64,000 bases of DNA from an uncultured Corynebacterium sp. (GTDB lineage Bacteria; Actinomycetota; Actinomycetes; Mycobacteriales; Mycobacteriaceae), in NCBI RefSeq assembly GCF_946221935.1, contig NZ_CAMIGN010000001.1:264990-328989 (forward strand). Reading direction: 5' to 3'. The notes under the pieces were generated by a model that was not told where the DNA came from, did no database searches, and saw only the letters and a list, made by a program, of their open reading frames with translations. Shown here piece after piece: positions 28,313-41,841 of the stretch (the first letter of the stretch is position 1; every line of letters begins with the position of its first letter). Position numbers and translations under genes: made by a program.

Positions 28313-31048
28313 GTGGCCGGAAAGCTACGCGTACACGAGTTGGCCAAGGAACTCGGAGTGACGAGCAAGGAATTGCTCGCCACCCTGAAGGAACAGGGCG
28401 AGTTCGTTAAGACCGCTTCCTCAACGGTGCAGCCGCCCGTTGTGAAGAAGATGAAGAAGCACTACGGGGTAGGACAGGAGTCCGCTAAGGAGCCTGCTAA
28501 GCCCGCTGCCAAGCCAGGCCCGAAGCCGGGGCCGAAGGCAGCATCGAAGCCTGTTGCGAAGCCTGGCCCCAAGCCGGGACCAAAGCCGGTTAAGAGCACC
28601 AACCCGGTTGCTAACGCTGGCACCAAGCCCACCTCCACCGTGAAGCCGGGCGATAAGCCGGCACCCAAGCCCGCTCCAAAGCCGAGCCCAAAGCCGGGGC
28701 CGAAGCCCGGTGCCAAGCCAGGACCAAAGCCGGGGGCTAAGCCAGGGCCGAAGCCGGGTGGTCGCGCACCACGCGTGGCCAACAACCCGTTCTCTTCCGG
28801 TGAACCTGCTCCGCGTCCGCGCGGTGGACAGGCAGCGCCTGGGGATATGCCGCGTCCGGGTAGCCGACCGGGCAACAAGAAGCCCGGCCCGAAGCCAGGT
28901 GCAGGTAAGACCGGTGCAAAGCAGGGCGGTGCAAAGCAGGGCGGCGGTCGTCGTCCGTCGCCGGCCATGATGCCGAGCCACCCGAATCCCGCACAAATGC
29001 CGTCGAAGTCGGACAATAGCTTCGGCAGCGGACGCGGTCGTGGTGGACGCCATGGTGGACCGGGCGGCCCCGGTGGCCCTGGTGGTCCGGGAGGCCCGCG
29101 CGGTGGACGCGGTGGGCGTCGCGGCGGCACCGCAGGTGCATTCGGCCGTCCAGGCGGTGCCCCGCGTAAGGGACGCAAGTCGAAGCGTCAGAAGCGCAAC
29201 GAGTACGAGGCAATGCAGGCGCCGAGTGTCGTTGGCGGCGTGAAGCTGCCTAACGGCAAGGGCGCAAAGATTCGCCTTGCACGCGGTGCATCCTTGATGG
29301 ACTTCGCAGAGAAGATCGACGCAGATGCAGCAGCACTGGTCCAGGCTCTGTTCAACCTGGGCGAAATGGTGACCGCTACTCAGTCGGTCTCCGACGAGAC
29401 ATTGATGCTGCTCGGCGAGGAAATGGATTACAAGGTCGAGGTCGTCTCCCCAGAGGACGAGGACCGCGAGCTGCTGGAATCCTTCGATCTGCAGTTCGGT
29501 GAGGACGAAGGCCAGGATGAAGACCTGGCTCAGCGTCCTCCGGTGGTTACCGTCATGGGTCACGTCGACCACGGTAAGACTCGACTGTTGGATACGATTC
29601 GCAAGGCGAACGTCGGTGGCGGCGAGGCCGGCGGTATTACCCAGCACATCGGCGCCTACCAGGTCTCCGTGAACATGGAGGGCGAGGATCGCCTGGTCAC
29701 CTTCCTGGATACCCCGGGTCACGAGGCCTTTACCGCCATGCGTGCTCGCGGCGCGAACTCTACCGATATCGCGATCCTGGTGGTCGCTGCGGATGACGGT
29801 GTAATGCCGCAGACCGTAGAGGCGATTAACCACGCCAAGGCCGCTGACATCCCTGTCGTGGTTGCGGTGAACAAGATCGATAAGGAAGGCGCCCAGCCGG
29901 ACAAGATCCGTGGTCAGCTGACCGAGTACGACCTGATTCCGGAGGAGTACGGCGGCGACACGATGTTCGTGGATATCTCTGCAAAGCAGGGCACCAACAT
30001 CGACCAGCTGCTGGAGTCTGTTCTGCTGACCGCAGATGCTTCGCTGGATCTGCGCGCAAACCCGGACATGGACGCTCAGGGTGTGGCTATCGAGTCTCAC
30101 CTGGATCGTGGTCGCGGACCGATCGCTACCATCATCGTGCAGCGCGGTACGCTGCGCGTTGGTGATTCGATTGTCGTTGGTGACGCCCACGGTCGTGTGC
30201 GCCGCATGATCGACGAACACGGTCGTGACGTTACCGAGGCAGGTCCGTCTTGCCCGGTACAGGTTCTGGGTCTGACCAGCGTGTCCGGTGCCGGCGACAA
30301 CCTGTTGGTTGTTGACGAGGACCGCACCGCTCGCCAGATTGCCGATCGCCGCAATGCACGTCGCCGTAACGCCATGCAGGCCAAGAACCGCAAGCGTGTA
30401 TCCCTGGAAGATCTGGATGCGGTGTTGAAGGAAACCAACACCCTGAACCTGATCCTGAAGGGCGACAACGCCGGTACGGTCGAGGCTCTGGAAGACGCGC
30501 TGCTGAAGATCGAGGTCGACGACGAAGTGGATCTGAACATCATCGACCGCGGTGTCGGTGCGGTGACGGAAACCAACGTCAACCTGGCTGCGGCGTCGGA
30601 CGCAGTCATCATCGGCTTCAACGTACGCGCTGAGGGTAAGGCTACCGAGGTAGCTAACGCCGAGGGCGTGGATATTCGCTACTACTCGATTATCTACAAG
30701 GCAATCGAAGAGGTTGAGGCAGCGCTGAAGGGCATGCTGAAGCCCATCTACGAGGAGCGCGAGATCGGCAAGGCGGAAATCCGCCAGATCTTCAAGGCTT
30801 CTTCCGTGGGCCTCATCGCAGGTTGCATGGTGGAAACCGGCAAGGTTCGCCGCAATGCACAGATCCGCCTCATCCGCGACGGCAGTGTCGTGGCAGAGAA
30901 GGCGACGATCGAGTCACTGCGCCGCGAAAAGGACGATGTCACCGAGGTCTCCGCAGGTTACGAGTGCGGTATGGTGCTGTCGTACCCGGATATCCAGGTC
31001 GACGACATCATCGAGGTCTTCGAGCTGGTCGAGATCCCGCGCACTTAA
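28313..31048 (+). CDS. infB: Translation initiation factor IF-2
   Basis: The N-terminus is '[16 protein letters not shown]'. A roughly 280-aa Pro/Gly/Lys-rich linker precedes the G-domain motifs 'GHVDHGKT', 'DTPGH' and 'NKID'. Confidence 0.95.
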   Translation: MAGKLRVHELAKELGVTSKELLATLKEQGEFVKTASSTVQPPVVKKMKKHYGVGQESAKEPAKPAAKPGPKPGPKAASKPVAKPGPKPGPKPVKSTNPVANAGTKPTSTVKPGDKPAPKPAPKPSPKPGPKPGAKPGPKPGAKPGPKPGGRAPRVANNPFSSGEPAPRPRGGQAAPGDMPRPGSRPGNKKPGPKPGAGKTGAKQGGAKQGGGRRPSPAMMPSHPNPAQMPSKSDNSFGSGRGRGGRHGGPGGPGGPGGPGGPRGGRGGRRGGTAGAFGRPGGAPRKGRKSKRQKRNEYEAMQAPSVVGGVKLPNGKGAKIRLARGASLMDFAEKIDADAAALVQALFNLGEMVTATQSVSDETLMLLGEEMDYKVEVVSPEDEDRELLESFDLQFGEDEGQDEDLAQRPPVVTVMGHVDHGKTRLLDTIRKANVGGGEAGGITQHIGAYQVSVNMEGEDRLVTFLDTPGHEAFTAMRARGANSTDIAILVVAADDGVMPQTVEAINHAKAADIPVVVAVNKIDKEGAQPDKIRGQLTEYDLIPEEYGGDTMFVDISAKQGTNIDQLLESVLLTADASLDLRANPDMDAQGVAIESHLDRGRGPIATIIVQRGTLRVGDSIVVGDAHGRVRRMIDEHGRDVTEAGPSCPVQVLGLTSVSGAGDNLLVVDEDRTARQIADRRNARRRNAMQAKNRKRVSLEDLDAVLKETNTLNLILKGDNAGTVEALEDALLKIEVDDEVDLNIIDRGVGAVTETNVNLAAASDAVIIGFNVRAEGKATEVANAEGVDIRYYSIIYKAIEEVEAALKGMLKPIYEEREIGKAEIRQIFKASSVGLIAGCMVETGKVRRNAQIRLIRDGSVVAEKATIESLRREKDDVTEVSAGYECGMVLSYPDIQVDDIIEVFELVEIPRT
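28480..29200 (+). repeat. Coding low-complexity tandem repeats (KPGPKPG)n and ([12 protein letters not shown]) in the IF-2 N-terminal linker
   Basis: The unit 'aagcc(g/a)gg(g/a)cc(g/a)aagcc' recurs many times. It translates to '[26 protein letters not shown]…[22 protein letters not shown]'. Confidence 0.8.
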
Positions 31049-31075
31049 GGGTGCTCGAGTTACAAGGAGAGGTTC

Positions 31076-31501
31076 ATGGTTGATCACGCACGTGCTGCAC
31101 GCATGGCCAAGCGCATCCAGCAGATTGTTGCCACGGCTATTGAGCGGCAGATTAAGGATCCGCGCCTGGAGTTCGTGACCATTACGGACGCGCGCCTCAC
31201 CGGCGACCTCCACGACGCGACGGTGTTCTACACCGTGCGTGGTAAGACCGTGGACGCGGAGCCGGATACCGCTGCGGCGGAGGAGGCGTTGACCAAGGCG
31301 AAGGGACAGCTGCGCAAAATCGTTGGCGATCAGCTGAGCGTGCGCTTCACCCCGACCTTGAGCTTTAGCCTGGACACTGTGCCGGAGGCGTCAGCGCACT
31401 TTGAGGAGTTGCTGGCCAAAGCAAAGGCTCAGGACGAGGCTCTGCGTGCGCAGTCCGCCGGCGCCCGTCCGGCGGGTGACGAGGATCCGTACAAGTCTTG
31501 A
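31076..31501 (+). CDS. rbfA: Ribosome-binding factor A
   Basis: '[23 protein letters not shown]' is present. An AAGGAGAGG SD precedes the start. The stop overlaps the next gene's start. Confidence 0.9.
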   Translation: MVDHARAARMAKRIQQIVATAIERQIKDPRLEFVTITDARLTGDLHDATVFYTVRGKTVDAEPDTAAAEEALTKAKGQLRKIVGDQLSVRFTPTLSFSLDTVPEASAHFEELLAKAKAQDEALRAQSAGARPAGDEDPYKS

Positions 31502-32814
31502 TTAAACAAGACGCTACTGCCGGCCAGGCCGATGCCCGAAAAATTTTGGGATTGGCCTGGCCGGCCCTCGTTGTTTTGGCGGCCACACCGCTGTACTTGC
31601 TGTTAGATACGGCGGTCGTTGGGCGGCTGGGCGCTACCGACCTTGCCGCATTGGCTGCGGGCGCCACTGTTCTTAGCACTGTTACTACTCAGCTGACCTT
31701 CCTTTCGTATGGCACGACGGCTCGCGCTGCGCGTCATTACGGTGCAGGTCGCCGCGCTGCCGCTATTTACGAGGGGTTGCAGGCCACGTGGGTCGCGCTG
31801 GCGGTGGGAGCCGTGCTGGCGGTGTTGGTTTTCGCCTTTACTCCGCAGATTATGGGGTTGTTTACTAGTGACGCCGCCGTGGTCTCCGAGGCCACGAAGT
31901 GGATGCGAGTGACCTGTGCGTCCATCATCCCGGTGTTGTTCACCATGGCAGGCAATGGCTGGTTGCGCGGGATGTCGAATACTAAGCTGCCGCTGTGGTT
32001 CACGCTTGCTGGCGTGATACCGATGGCCGTGATCGTCCCACTGTCGGTGCAGCGCTTTGGGTTGGTGGGATCTGCATATGCGAATGTCCTGGGGGAGAGC
32101 ATTACCGCGGCGTGCTTCCTCGGTGCTCTGGTCGTGCATTGGCGAGCGGAGGGAGATGGGAAGTCTCTAGCTCCCAATTGGCTGGTGATTCGTTCTCAAC
32201 TGGCGATGGGGCGTGATCTTATTTTGCGCAGCCTGAGCTTCCAGGCGGCGTTTATCTCTGCGGCTATGGTGGCAGGACGTATGGGGCCTGCGCCTTTGGG
32301 CGCCCACCAGGTGTTGCTTCAGCTGTGGAATTTTCTCACCTTGGTTTTGGACTCCGTCGCAATCGCGGCACAGGCACTGGTGGGTGCGGCCCTGGGAGCT
32401 GGGTCGATTGTGGCGGCCCGCAAAGTAGGCGTGTCCGTGCTGCGGTTTTCCGTGGCGGCATCGCTGATTCTGGCCGCTGGTTTGGCAGCGGGTGCGCACG
32501 TCATCCCGCGCATCTTTACAACGGATGCCGATGTGCTCGCTACCATTGGCGGTCCGTGGTGGCTGCTGGTGCTTTTGGTCTTGGCCGGGGGCGTGGTTTT
32601 TGCGCTGGACGGCGTGTTGTTGGGCGCCGCGGATGCGGCATTCCTGCGTACCGCAACGATCATCTCGGTACTAGCTGGTTTCCTCCCTTTAGTGTGGCTG
32701 TCCTGGGCGTTTGGCTGGGGTTTGGTCGGCGTGTGGTGGGGTCTTTTTGCCTTCATCGTGATCCGTTTGTTGTTCGTCAGCTGGCGCTTTAGTGGCGATA
32801 AATGGGATAACTAG
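31498..32814 (+). CDS. MATE-family efflux transporter (DinF-like)
   Basis: The 438-aa ORF has 12 predicted transmembrane helices. The two halves are internally repeated, with motifs '[29 protein letters not shown]' and '[31 protein letters not shown]'. Confidence 0.8.
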   Translation: MIKQDATAGQADARKILGLAWPALVVLAATPLYLLLDTAVVGRLGATDLAALAAGATVLSTVTTQLTFLSYGTTARAARHYGAGRRAAAIYEGLQATWVALAVGAVLAVLVFAFTPQIMGLFTSDAAVVSEATKWMRVTCASIIPVLFTMAGNGWLRGMSNTKLPLWFTLAGVIPMAVIVPLSVQRFGLVGSAYANVLGESITAACFLGALVVHWRAEGDGKSLAPNWLVIRSQLAMGRDLILRSLSFQAAFISAAMVAGRMGPAPLGAHQVLLQLWNFLTLVLDSVAIAAQALVGAALGAGSIVAARKVGVSVLRFSVAASLILAAGLAAGAHVIPRIFTTDADVLATIGGPWWLLVLLVLAGGVVFALDGVLLGAADAAFLRTATIISVLAGFLPLVWLSWAFGWGLVGVWWGLFAFIVIRLLFVSWRFSGDKWDN

Positions 32815-32863
32815 TGTTACGCTTGTTAACACTTGTGACTTGAGCTGGAGAGGGGAGTACCCG

Positions 32864-33685
32864 ATGCCCCGCACGCTGTGGGCGGTGAGCGACCTACACG
32901 TCCGTGCTCCCGGCAACAAGGACCTGGTACGTGATCTCGTTCGCCCCACGGATCCAGCAGACTGGCTGATCGTCGCCGGCGACATCGCCGAAGATCTGCC
33001 GTCCATCGAACGCACCCTCGGTCTGCTTCAAAGTCGGTTTGCACAGGTGATTTACACCCCTGGCAACCATGAGCTGTTCAGTCGCACGAGTGACCGCGTA
33101 CATGGCCGCGCCAAGTACGATGCCGTCATCGCCACGGCGCAGCGCCTGGGAGTCCTTACACCGGAAGGCCCTTTCCCGACATTCGCCGGTCGCACTGTCG
33201 CACCCCTGTTCACCCTTTATGACCATTCATGGCGTGAGTCTTCTATGACGCCCACTGCAGCGTTGGCCGCAGCTCGCGACAAAGGCATAGTGCTCATGGA
33301 TGATTTTGCGATTGCCCCTTACGAGGACATCGTGCTCTGGTGCCGCGAGCGACTGCGTTACTCAGTGCGGCGCCTGGCGGCAGTGGAAGGGCCAACAATC
33401 CTGGTCAATCACTGGCCTTTGGTGCGTGAGACGATGGTCAACGTAAAGCACGAGGAGATCGGCCTTTGGTCCGGTACACGGCACACGCAGGAATGGCCGC
33501 AACGCTATGAAGCGGATGTTGTGGTTTATGGGCATTTGCATATTCCGGTAGAGTTTTCGCTCGGCAATGTAACGCACACCGAGGTCTCACTCGGTTACCC
33601 GAGAGAGCGGAAGATCACACTTCCGCCCCGCTTGAAAAAGAAACTATGGCCCTATCCGGTAGCCGTAGATAGCAGTTGGCGCTAG
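32864..33685 (+). CDS. Metallophosphoesterase (calcineurin-like)
   Basis: 'WAVSDLHV', 'VAGDIAED', 'YTPGNHELF' and 'GHLHIP' are present. ATG 32864 has a GGAGAGGGGAG SD. Confidence 0.75.
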   Translation: MPRTLWAVSDLHVRAPGNKDLVRDLVRPTDPADWLIVAGDIAEDLPSIERTLGLLQSRFAQVIYTPGNHELFSRTSDRVHGRAKYDAVIATAQRLGVLTPEGPFPTFAGRTVAPLFTLYDHSWRESSMTPTAALAAARDKGIVLMDDFAIAPYEDIVLWCRERLRYSVRRLAAVEGPTILVNHWPLVRETMVNVKHEEIGLWSGTRHTQEWPQRYEADVVVYGHLHIPVEFSLGNVTHTEVSLGYPRERKITLPPRLKKKLWPYPVAVDSSWR

Positions 33686-33705
33686 CAGTTAGAGGAGGTG
33701 ACAGC

Positions 33706-34437
33706 ATGAGGCAGAACGGAACCCTAATTACGGATCTCGACGATGTAGCCGTCGTGGAGAGCTTCGGCGCACAGCAGCCGACCATTCCGCGCGGATTGCT
33801 GCCTCGCGGTGCTGCGTGCGCCGAACTGCATAATGAAGCCGGGGACCTAAGCCAGTTCCATGCACTCTCAGCTGAGGAGCAAGAGCTGGTGTGTGGAGCT
33901 GTGGATCGTCGCAAGGCTGACTTTGGCGATTCCCGGTGGTGCGCCCACCAAGCCTTGAAGAACTTTATGGATGCCCACCCGCCGATTCTGCGCGGCCCCC
34001 GGGGCATGCCGTTGTTCCCCGAAGGCGTAGTCGGTTCGCTCACGCACACAGCGGGCTTCCGCGCTGCGTTGCTGGCACCTGCCCGCCGCTGGGCCTCAGT
34101 GGGAATTGACGCGGAAAAGGCGATTCCTCTACCCGAGGGCGTGTTCAACACCATCGCCCGGCCGGGGGAACAACGGCGCATTCGCCGCACAATGCGTGCC
34201 AACGATCTTCAGCTTTTGGACACGGTGCTCTTTAGTGCGAAGGAAGCCACCTACAAGGCGTGGTTCCCTCTGACACATCGCTTCTTGGAATTCGACCAGG
34301 CCGATATTGATCTGCGCGCCGACGGAACCTTCACCTCGTATCTGCTGGCTCGTCCGGTTCCGATGCCGTTTATTCAGGGGCGTTGGATCATCCGCAACGG
34401 CTTGGTCATCACTGCGGCAGCTGTGCCGGCAAACTAG
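33706..34437 (+). CDS. 4'-phosphopantetheinyl transferase (EntD/PptT-type)
   Basis: The conserved '…SLTHTAGFRAALLA…VGIDAEKA' and 'FSAKEATYKAW' blocks are present. A GAGGAGG SD sits 7 nt upstream. Confidence 0.75.
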   Translation: MRQNGTLITDLDDVAVVESFGAQQPTIPRGLLPRGAACAELHNEAGDLSQFHALSAEEQELVCGAVDRRKADFGDSRWCAHQALKNFMDAHPPILRGPRGMPLFPEGVVGSLTHTAGFRAALLAPARRWASVGIDAEKAIPLPEGVFNTIARPGEQRRIRRTMRANDLQLLDTVLFSAKEATYKAWFPLTHRFLEFDQADIDLRADGTFTSYLLARPVPMPFIQGRWIIRNGLVITAAAVPAN

Positions 34438-35360
34438 GCAAGGCCCGCAGGGCGGGCGACGAAGACACTGGCGGCACGCTTTCCTTTCTCCTCAATCAGC
34501 GCGATCGCGTGCCCGGATGGGGTGACCGCTGCGGTAACGCCCTTGTTACCCACCGGCTCGAGCCATTTGCCCAGGGAAAGGTCGACGCCTTCAGACTCGC
34601 TGATCTCTCGTGTGGCGAAGCAGCGAACCATAGCTTCGTCCAGGTTTAGCGTGAGCGTAGGGTTCGCGTCGAGTTGCTCCAACGTGCGAGCCTCTGAAAT
34701 GTCGAAAGGCCCCACCGATGTGCGACGCAACATTGTCAGGTGACCGCCCACGCCCAAGGCAGCACCCACGTCCCGTGCAATCGCCCGAATATAGGTACCA
34801 CTCGAACAGTGCACGGAAATGCTGACGTCGATGCAAGAGGGGGCGTCATTGACAACTACGTCGTGTACCTCCAGCGAGAAGATGGTAACGGGGCGCTCCG
34901 GCAAAACGACCTCGTGTCCCTCGCGAACTAATTCATGGGCGCGCTTGCCGTCGATCTTGATGGAGGAGACGGACGTTGGGCGTTGCATGATGTCGCCGGT
35001 CTGAGTCGCGAAGGCCGCGCGGATCTGCTCCTCGGTAAGAGTCGCCAACTTCTCTGGCGAGGCGGTAAAGGTCATGTCGCCCTGTGCATCGTCGGTGTGC
35101 GTTGCCATACCGAGACGCACGGTCGCCTCGTAGCGCTTATCGTGCGCGACGACATGAGCCAAAAACTTTGTTCCTCTTTCGACGCCCACAACTAGCAGCC
35201 CCGTGGCCAGGGGATCGAGGGTGCCCGAATGGCCAACCCGACGCGTACCCATGATCCGGCGGAGCTTGGCCACCATGTCGTGTGAGGTGGGTCCGGAGGG
35301 CTTATCGACCAAAACCACGCCGGAGCGGCTCAGGATGGAAGGGGTACTGCGTTGATTCAT
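34434..35360 (-). CDS. truB: tRNA pseudouridine(55) synthase
   Basis: 'GVVLVDKPSGPTSHDMVAKLRR' is present. The catalytic-Asp block 'GHSGTLDPLATGLLVVGVERGTKF' is present. The start is at M24 of the track ORF. Confidence 0.9.
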   Translation of the reverse strand: MNQRSTPSILSRSGVVLVDKPSGPTSHDMVAKLRRIMGTRRVGHSGTLDPLATGLLVVGVERGTKFLAHVVAHDKRYEATVRLGMATHTDDAQGDMTFTASPEKLATLTEEQIRAAFATQTGDIMQRPTSVSSIKIDGKRAHELVREGHEVVLPERPVTIFSLEVHDVVVNDAPSCIDVSISVHCSSGTYIRAIARDVGAALGVGGHLTMLRRTSVGPFDISEARTLEQLDANPTLTLNLDEAMVRCFATREISESEGVDLSLGKWLEPVGNKGVTAAVTPSGHAIALIEEKGKRAASVFVARPAGLA

Positions 35361-35381
35361 ACTCACAGAGTATCGACTAGC

Positions 35382-36371
35382 ATGCTTGACGTGAGTATCT
35401 GGTACGGACTGGACAGAATTCCCGAGCATCTAGCCGCTGGTGGCACCGTCGTGACCATCGGCGTGTTTGACGGTGTGCACCGTGGGCACCAAGAACTAGT
35501 AAAGCGAGCCGTTGCGCTGGCGCGTGAGCGGGGAGTGCCGAGCGTGATGTTCACCTTCGACCCACATCCGACGGTAGTGTTCAGGCCGTCTGCCGTTCCG
35601 CCGTTGCTGTCTAGCGTGCGGCGACGCGCCGAATTGGCTCATGAGTACGGTATCGATCATGTGGTCGTCGTCTCGTTCACATGGGAGATCGCCAGCTGGT
35701 CCCCCGAGGAATACGTAAACAAAGTTCTGGTCGAGCTTCTGAACGCGAAGGCCGTGGTGGTGGGGGATAACTTCACTTTCGGGCACAAGGCCGCGGGCAC
35801 TTCAGCAATGCTGCAGGAGCTGGGCGAGGCGCGCGGAATGCGCGTGGACGTTCTGGGGCTCTTGGAGGACGGCGACCATGTGGTGTGCTCTACCTGGATC
35901 CGCCAGGCGCTTGCCGAAGGCAACGTGAAGGGGGCGAATGAGGCGCTAGGTCGCAACTTCCGGGTGTCTGGGGAGGTAACTCACGGGGCAGGCCGCGGTG
36001 GACGGGCTTTGGGATTCCCTACGGCGAACTTGTACTTTGCCGAGAAATTCGCCCTGCCTGCCGATGGTGTCTACGCAGGCTATGTGACGGTGCTGCCTGG
36101 TCATGGCATTGCTTCTGGAGCCACCGTGGGCACCATGCCGGTGGGTGAGCGCATGCCCTCCGCGATTTCTGTGGGCACTAACCCCACGTTCGGCCACGAA
36201 CCACGCAGCGTCGAGAGCTTTATCCTCGACCACGAAGCTGACCTATATGGTCTCGACATCGCCGTGGAGTTTGTCCACCGCCTGCGGGGGATGGAAACCT
36301 ACAACTCGTTGGACGAGCTAATCGAGGCCATTGGGCGCGATGTCACCCAGACGCGCAAGGCGCTGGGATAG
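35382..36371 (+). CDS. ribF: Bifunctional riboflavin kinase / FMN adenylyltransferase
   Basis: The nucleotidyltransferase motif is 'TIGVFDGVHRGHQ'. The C-terminal riboflavin-kinase block 'GFPTANL…SVETYIL' is present. Confidence 0.9.
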   Translation: MLDVSIWYGLDRIPEHLAAGGTVVTIGVFDGVHRGHQELVKRAVALARERGVPSVMFTFDPHPTVVFRPSAVPPLLSSVRRRAELAHEYGIDHVVVVSFTWEIASWSPEEYVNKVLVELLNAKAVVVGDNFTFGHKAAGTSAMLQELGEARGMRVDVLGLLEDGDHVVCSTWIRQALAEGNVKGANEALGRNFRVSGEVTHGAGRGGRALGFPTANLYFAEKFALPADGVYAGYVTVLPGHGIASGATVGTMPVGERMPSAISVGTNPTFGHEPRSVESFILDHEADLYGLDIAVEFVHRLRGMETYNSLDELIEAIGRDVTQTRKALG

Positions 36372-36504
36372 GCATGTAAGGCTAGTATTTTGGGTTAACA
36401 CTGAACCACGTGCTAATATCCCCCAGGTTGAGCGACTGTGGTCTGCGGTAGTCGCCACTGTAACTTTTCGCGCGGACTGAAATAACTATCAAGGAGATTC
36501 ATCC
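36372..36504 (+). promoter_or_regulatory. rpsO promoter and 5' leader with a stem-loop
   Basis: 'gcgact gtggtctgcggt agtcgc' is a 6-bp stem with a 12-nt loop. It lies upstream of the AAGGAG SD of rpsO. S15 leaders are commonly autoregulatory. Confidence 0.3.
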
Positions 36505-36774
36505 ATGGCACTGTCCAAGGAACAGAAGACCGAGACTCTCAAGGAGTTCGGCCTGCACGAGACCGATACCGGCTCCCCGGAGGCTCAGATCGCACTGCTG
36601 ACCGTTCGTATCCGTCAGCTGACCGAGCACCTGAAGTACCACAAGCACGACCACCACTCCCGCCGCGGCCTGCTGCTGCTGGTTGGTCGTCGTAAGGGCC
36701 TGCTGAAGTACCTGGCCGAGAACAACGTTGATCGTTACCGCTCCCTGATCGAGCGCCTGGGTCTGCGCCGCTAA
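36505..36774 (+). CDS. rpsO: 30S ribosomal protein S15
   Basis: '[33 protein letters not shown]…[10 protein letters not shown]' is an unmistakable S15. Confidence 0.95.
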   Translation: MALSKEQKTETLKEFGLHETDTGSPEAQIALLTVRIRQLTEHLKYHKHDHHSRRGLLLLVGRRKGLLKYLAENNVDRYRSLIERLGLRR

Positions 36775-36793
36775 GGCTCACTCCTAGATCACA

Positions 36794-36845
36794 CGCCCGC
36801 CACCTCAAAGTCGCTTCTACCGCGACGAGGTGGCGGGCGTTTGTG
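36794..36845 (+). terminator. Rho-independent terminator downstream of rpsO
   Basis: A 13-bp GC-rich stem 'cgcccgccacctc…gaggtggcgggcg' is followed by 'TTTGTG'. Confidence 0.7.
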
Positions 36846-37006
36846 CTACTTCGTGCTAGTCTTGGTGCCGGTTAAATACTAAAAGCCAATCGAATAGTGA
36901 AATAAATCTCCACGGTGGTGGCGTCGGCACCGAAGACCAGACGAAAAGTGAGCCGCCGTGGTGTGCAACGCAAGGTAACGCAGAAAGGCGATTGCGAAAC
37001 TCCATC
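36846..37006 (+). promoter_or_regulatory. pnp 5' leader, probably autoregulatory
   Basis: There is about 160 nt of non-coding sequence between the rpsO terminator and the pnp start. This matches the conserved rpsO–pnp arrangement, where the pnp leader is processed by RNase III and PNPase. Confidence 0.4.
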
Positions 37007-40094
<3,088 letters not shown>

Positions 40095-40097
40095 TCC

Positions 40098-40850
40098 ATG
40101 GCTACCGTTGCACCCCTACAGATAGATCTGGTTGGCCACACAGCTTTTCACCCTGTGGCAGATCTGGATTGGCACACCGACGCTGAAGACAGCGCGGCCT
40201 TAGTCGAGTTTGCAGGAAGAGCCTGCTACGAGACGTGGGATAAGCCCAATCCCCACACAGCCACGAATGCGGCCTATGTGCGACACATCATGGACGTCGG
40301 GCACACCACCCTGCTGGAGCATGCCAGTGCATCGATGTACCTGCGGGGAGTTTCGCGTTCCTGCAGCCATGAAATTATGCGCCACCGGCACTTCAGTTTT
40401 AGCCAGCTCTCGCAGCGTTATGTGCCCGCGGATGAGGCACGTGTGGTGGTGCCCGAGGCTGTAGCCAACAATGCGGATCTCAAAAAGCTGTTTTTGCAGG
40501 CCGCTGATGTGGCATATGACGCCTACAGGGAGATTTTGGACGGCCTCGGCGAGGACTTCGCGGAGGAACCAAACGCCGTACTGCGCACCAAGCAAGCGCG
40601 ACAGGCGGCCCGAGCGGTGCTGCCGAATTGCGTTGAGACTCGTTTCGTTATGAGTGGTAACTTCCGCAGCTGGCGACACTTCATCGCCATGCGCGCCGCC
40701 GAGCACGCCGATCCGGAGATTCGCCGGATTGCGGTGGCATGTCTCCGGCAGCTGCAGGCAGTGGCGCCGAATGTGTTCGAGGATTTTTCGATCACCCAGC
40801 TGCACGATGGCGGGGAAATGGCAACGAGCCCTTATGTAGGGGAGTCTTAG
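40098..40850 (+). CDS. thyX: FAD-dependent thymidylate synthase ThyX
   Basis: The ThyX signature 'RHRHFSFSQLSQRY' (RHRX7S) is present. Confidence 0.9.
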   Translation: MATVAPLQIDLVGHTAFHPVADLDWHTDAEDSAALVEFAGRACYETWDKPNPHTATNAAYVRHIMDVGHTTLLEHASASMYLRGVSRSCSHEIMRHRHFSFSQLSQRYVPADEARVVVPEAVANNADLKKLFLQAADVAYDAYREILDGLGEDFAEEPNAVLRTKQARQAARAVLPNCVETRFVMSGNFRSWRHFIAMRAAEHADPEIRRIAVACLRQLQAVAPNVFEDFSITQLHDGGEMATSPYVGES

Positions 40851-40931
40851 CGAGTGCAAGACAATATCTAAACGCAAGGAAAAGCACCCAAATACGTGAG
40901 TTTCTCGCGAAGGAAGGTAGTCTGGGAAGTC

Positions 40932-41834
40932 ATGAGTACAGGTAACGTAGCAACAAGGGGATCCGCGCACTTCGGAACTATCTCTCTTGCGATGGTGACC
41001 CCTTTTAAGAAGGACGGCTCCGTCGACTTGGACGCGGGCGTGGCACTAGCTGGCCACTTCGTGGATGAGGGCTGCGATTCTTTGGTCTTGGCCGGTACCA
41101 CCGGTGAGTCACCCACCACGGGTGCGACCGAGAAGCTTGACCTGCTCAGAGCAGTACGATCCGAGCTCGGCGACCGCGTTAAGCTGATTGCCGGAAGCGG
41201 GTCTTATGACACAGCTGTCACCGTAGAAATGTCTCGCGCCTCGCAGGAGGCCGGTGCTGATTCTCTTCTGGTTGTGACTCCTTATTACTCCCGTCCCAGC
41301 CAAGAGGGCATTTACCAGCACTTCACGACAGTTGCGGACGCAGTGGATATTCCAGTGTGCGTCTATGACATTCCCTCCCGTTCCGTCGTTCCGGTGGAGC
41401 CAGAAACCCTGCACCGACTGGCCGGTCACCCGCAGATCGCAGCTGTGAAGGATGCCAAGGGCGACCTGGCCGCAGCCATGGAGCTCATCGAGAACACTGA
41501 CCTGGCGTGGTACTCGGGCGATGACCCGCTGAACCTGCCGTGGTTAGCCGCAGGTGCCACCGGCTTCATCTCCGTGATTGGCCATGTGGCAACGCGACAG
41601 CTTAAGGAACTAAGGGATGCGTTCGACGCTGGCGATATCGCCACTGCCCGCAGCATTGCAGTGCGACTGCAGCCGCTGCAGAAGGCACAGGCCCGCCTCG
41701 GGGGCGTGACATTCGCGAAGGCAGCACTAAAGCTAAAGGGAAAGGACGTGGGTGCACCGCGTCTTCCCATCATCGAACCAACCGCCGCTGAGATGGATCA
41801 GCTGGCTCAAGACCTGCAGGCAGCAGGAGTATAG
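40932..41834 (+). CDS. dapA: 4-hydroxy-tetrahydrodipicolinate synthase
   Basis: 'AMVTPFKKDGSVDLDA', 'LVLAGTTGESPT' and the Schiff-base lysine 'AAVKDAKG' are present. Confidence 0.9.
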   Translation: MSTGNVATRGSAHFGTISLAMVTPFKKDGSVDLDAGVALAGHFVDEGCDSLVLAGTTGESPTTGATEKLDLLRAVRSELGDRVKLIAGSGSYDTAVTVEMSRASQEAGADSLLVVTPYYSRPSQEGIYQHFTTVADAVDIPVCVYDIPSRSVVPVEPETLHRLAGHPQIAAVKDAKGDLAAAMELIENTDLAWYSGDDPLNLPWLAAGATGFISVIGHVATRQLKELRDAFDAGDIATARSIAVRLQPLQKAQARLGGVTFAKAALKLKGKDVGAPRLPIIEPTAAEMDQLAQDLQAAGV

Positions 41835-41841
41835 GGAAAAT

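Noticed and set aside
32848-32863. 'GGAGAGGGGAGTACCCG' upstream of the metallophosphoesterase has the same GGGGAGTACCC core as the terC leader.
   Set aside because: Only 50 nt of intergenic space is available, so a roughly 100-nt aptamer cannot fit. It functions as the SD. It was retained only as a caution about the specificity of the riboswitch call.
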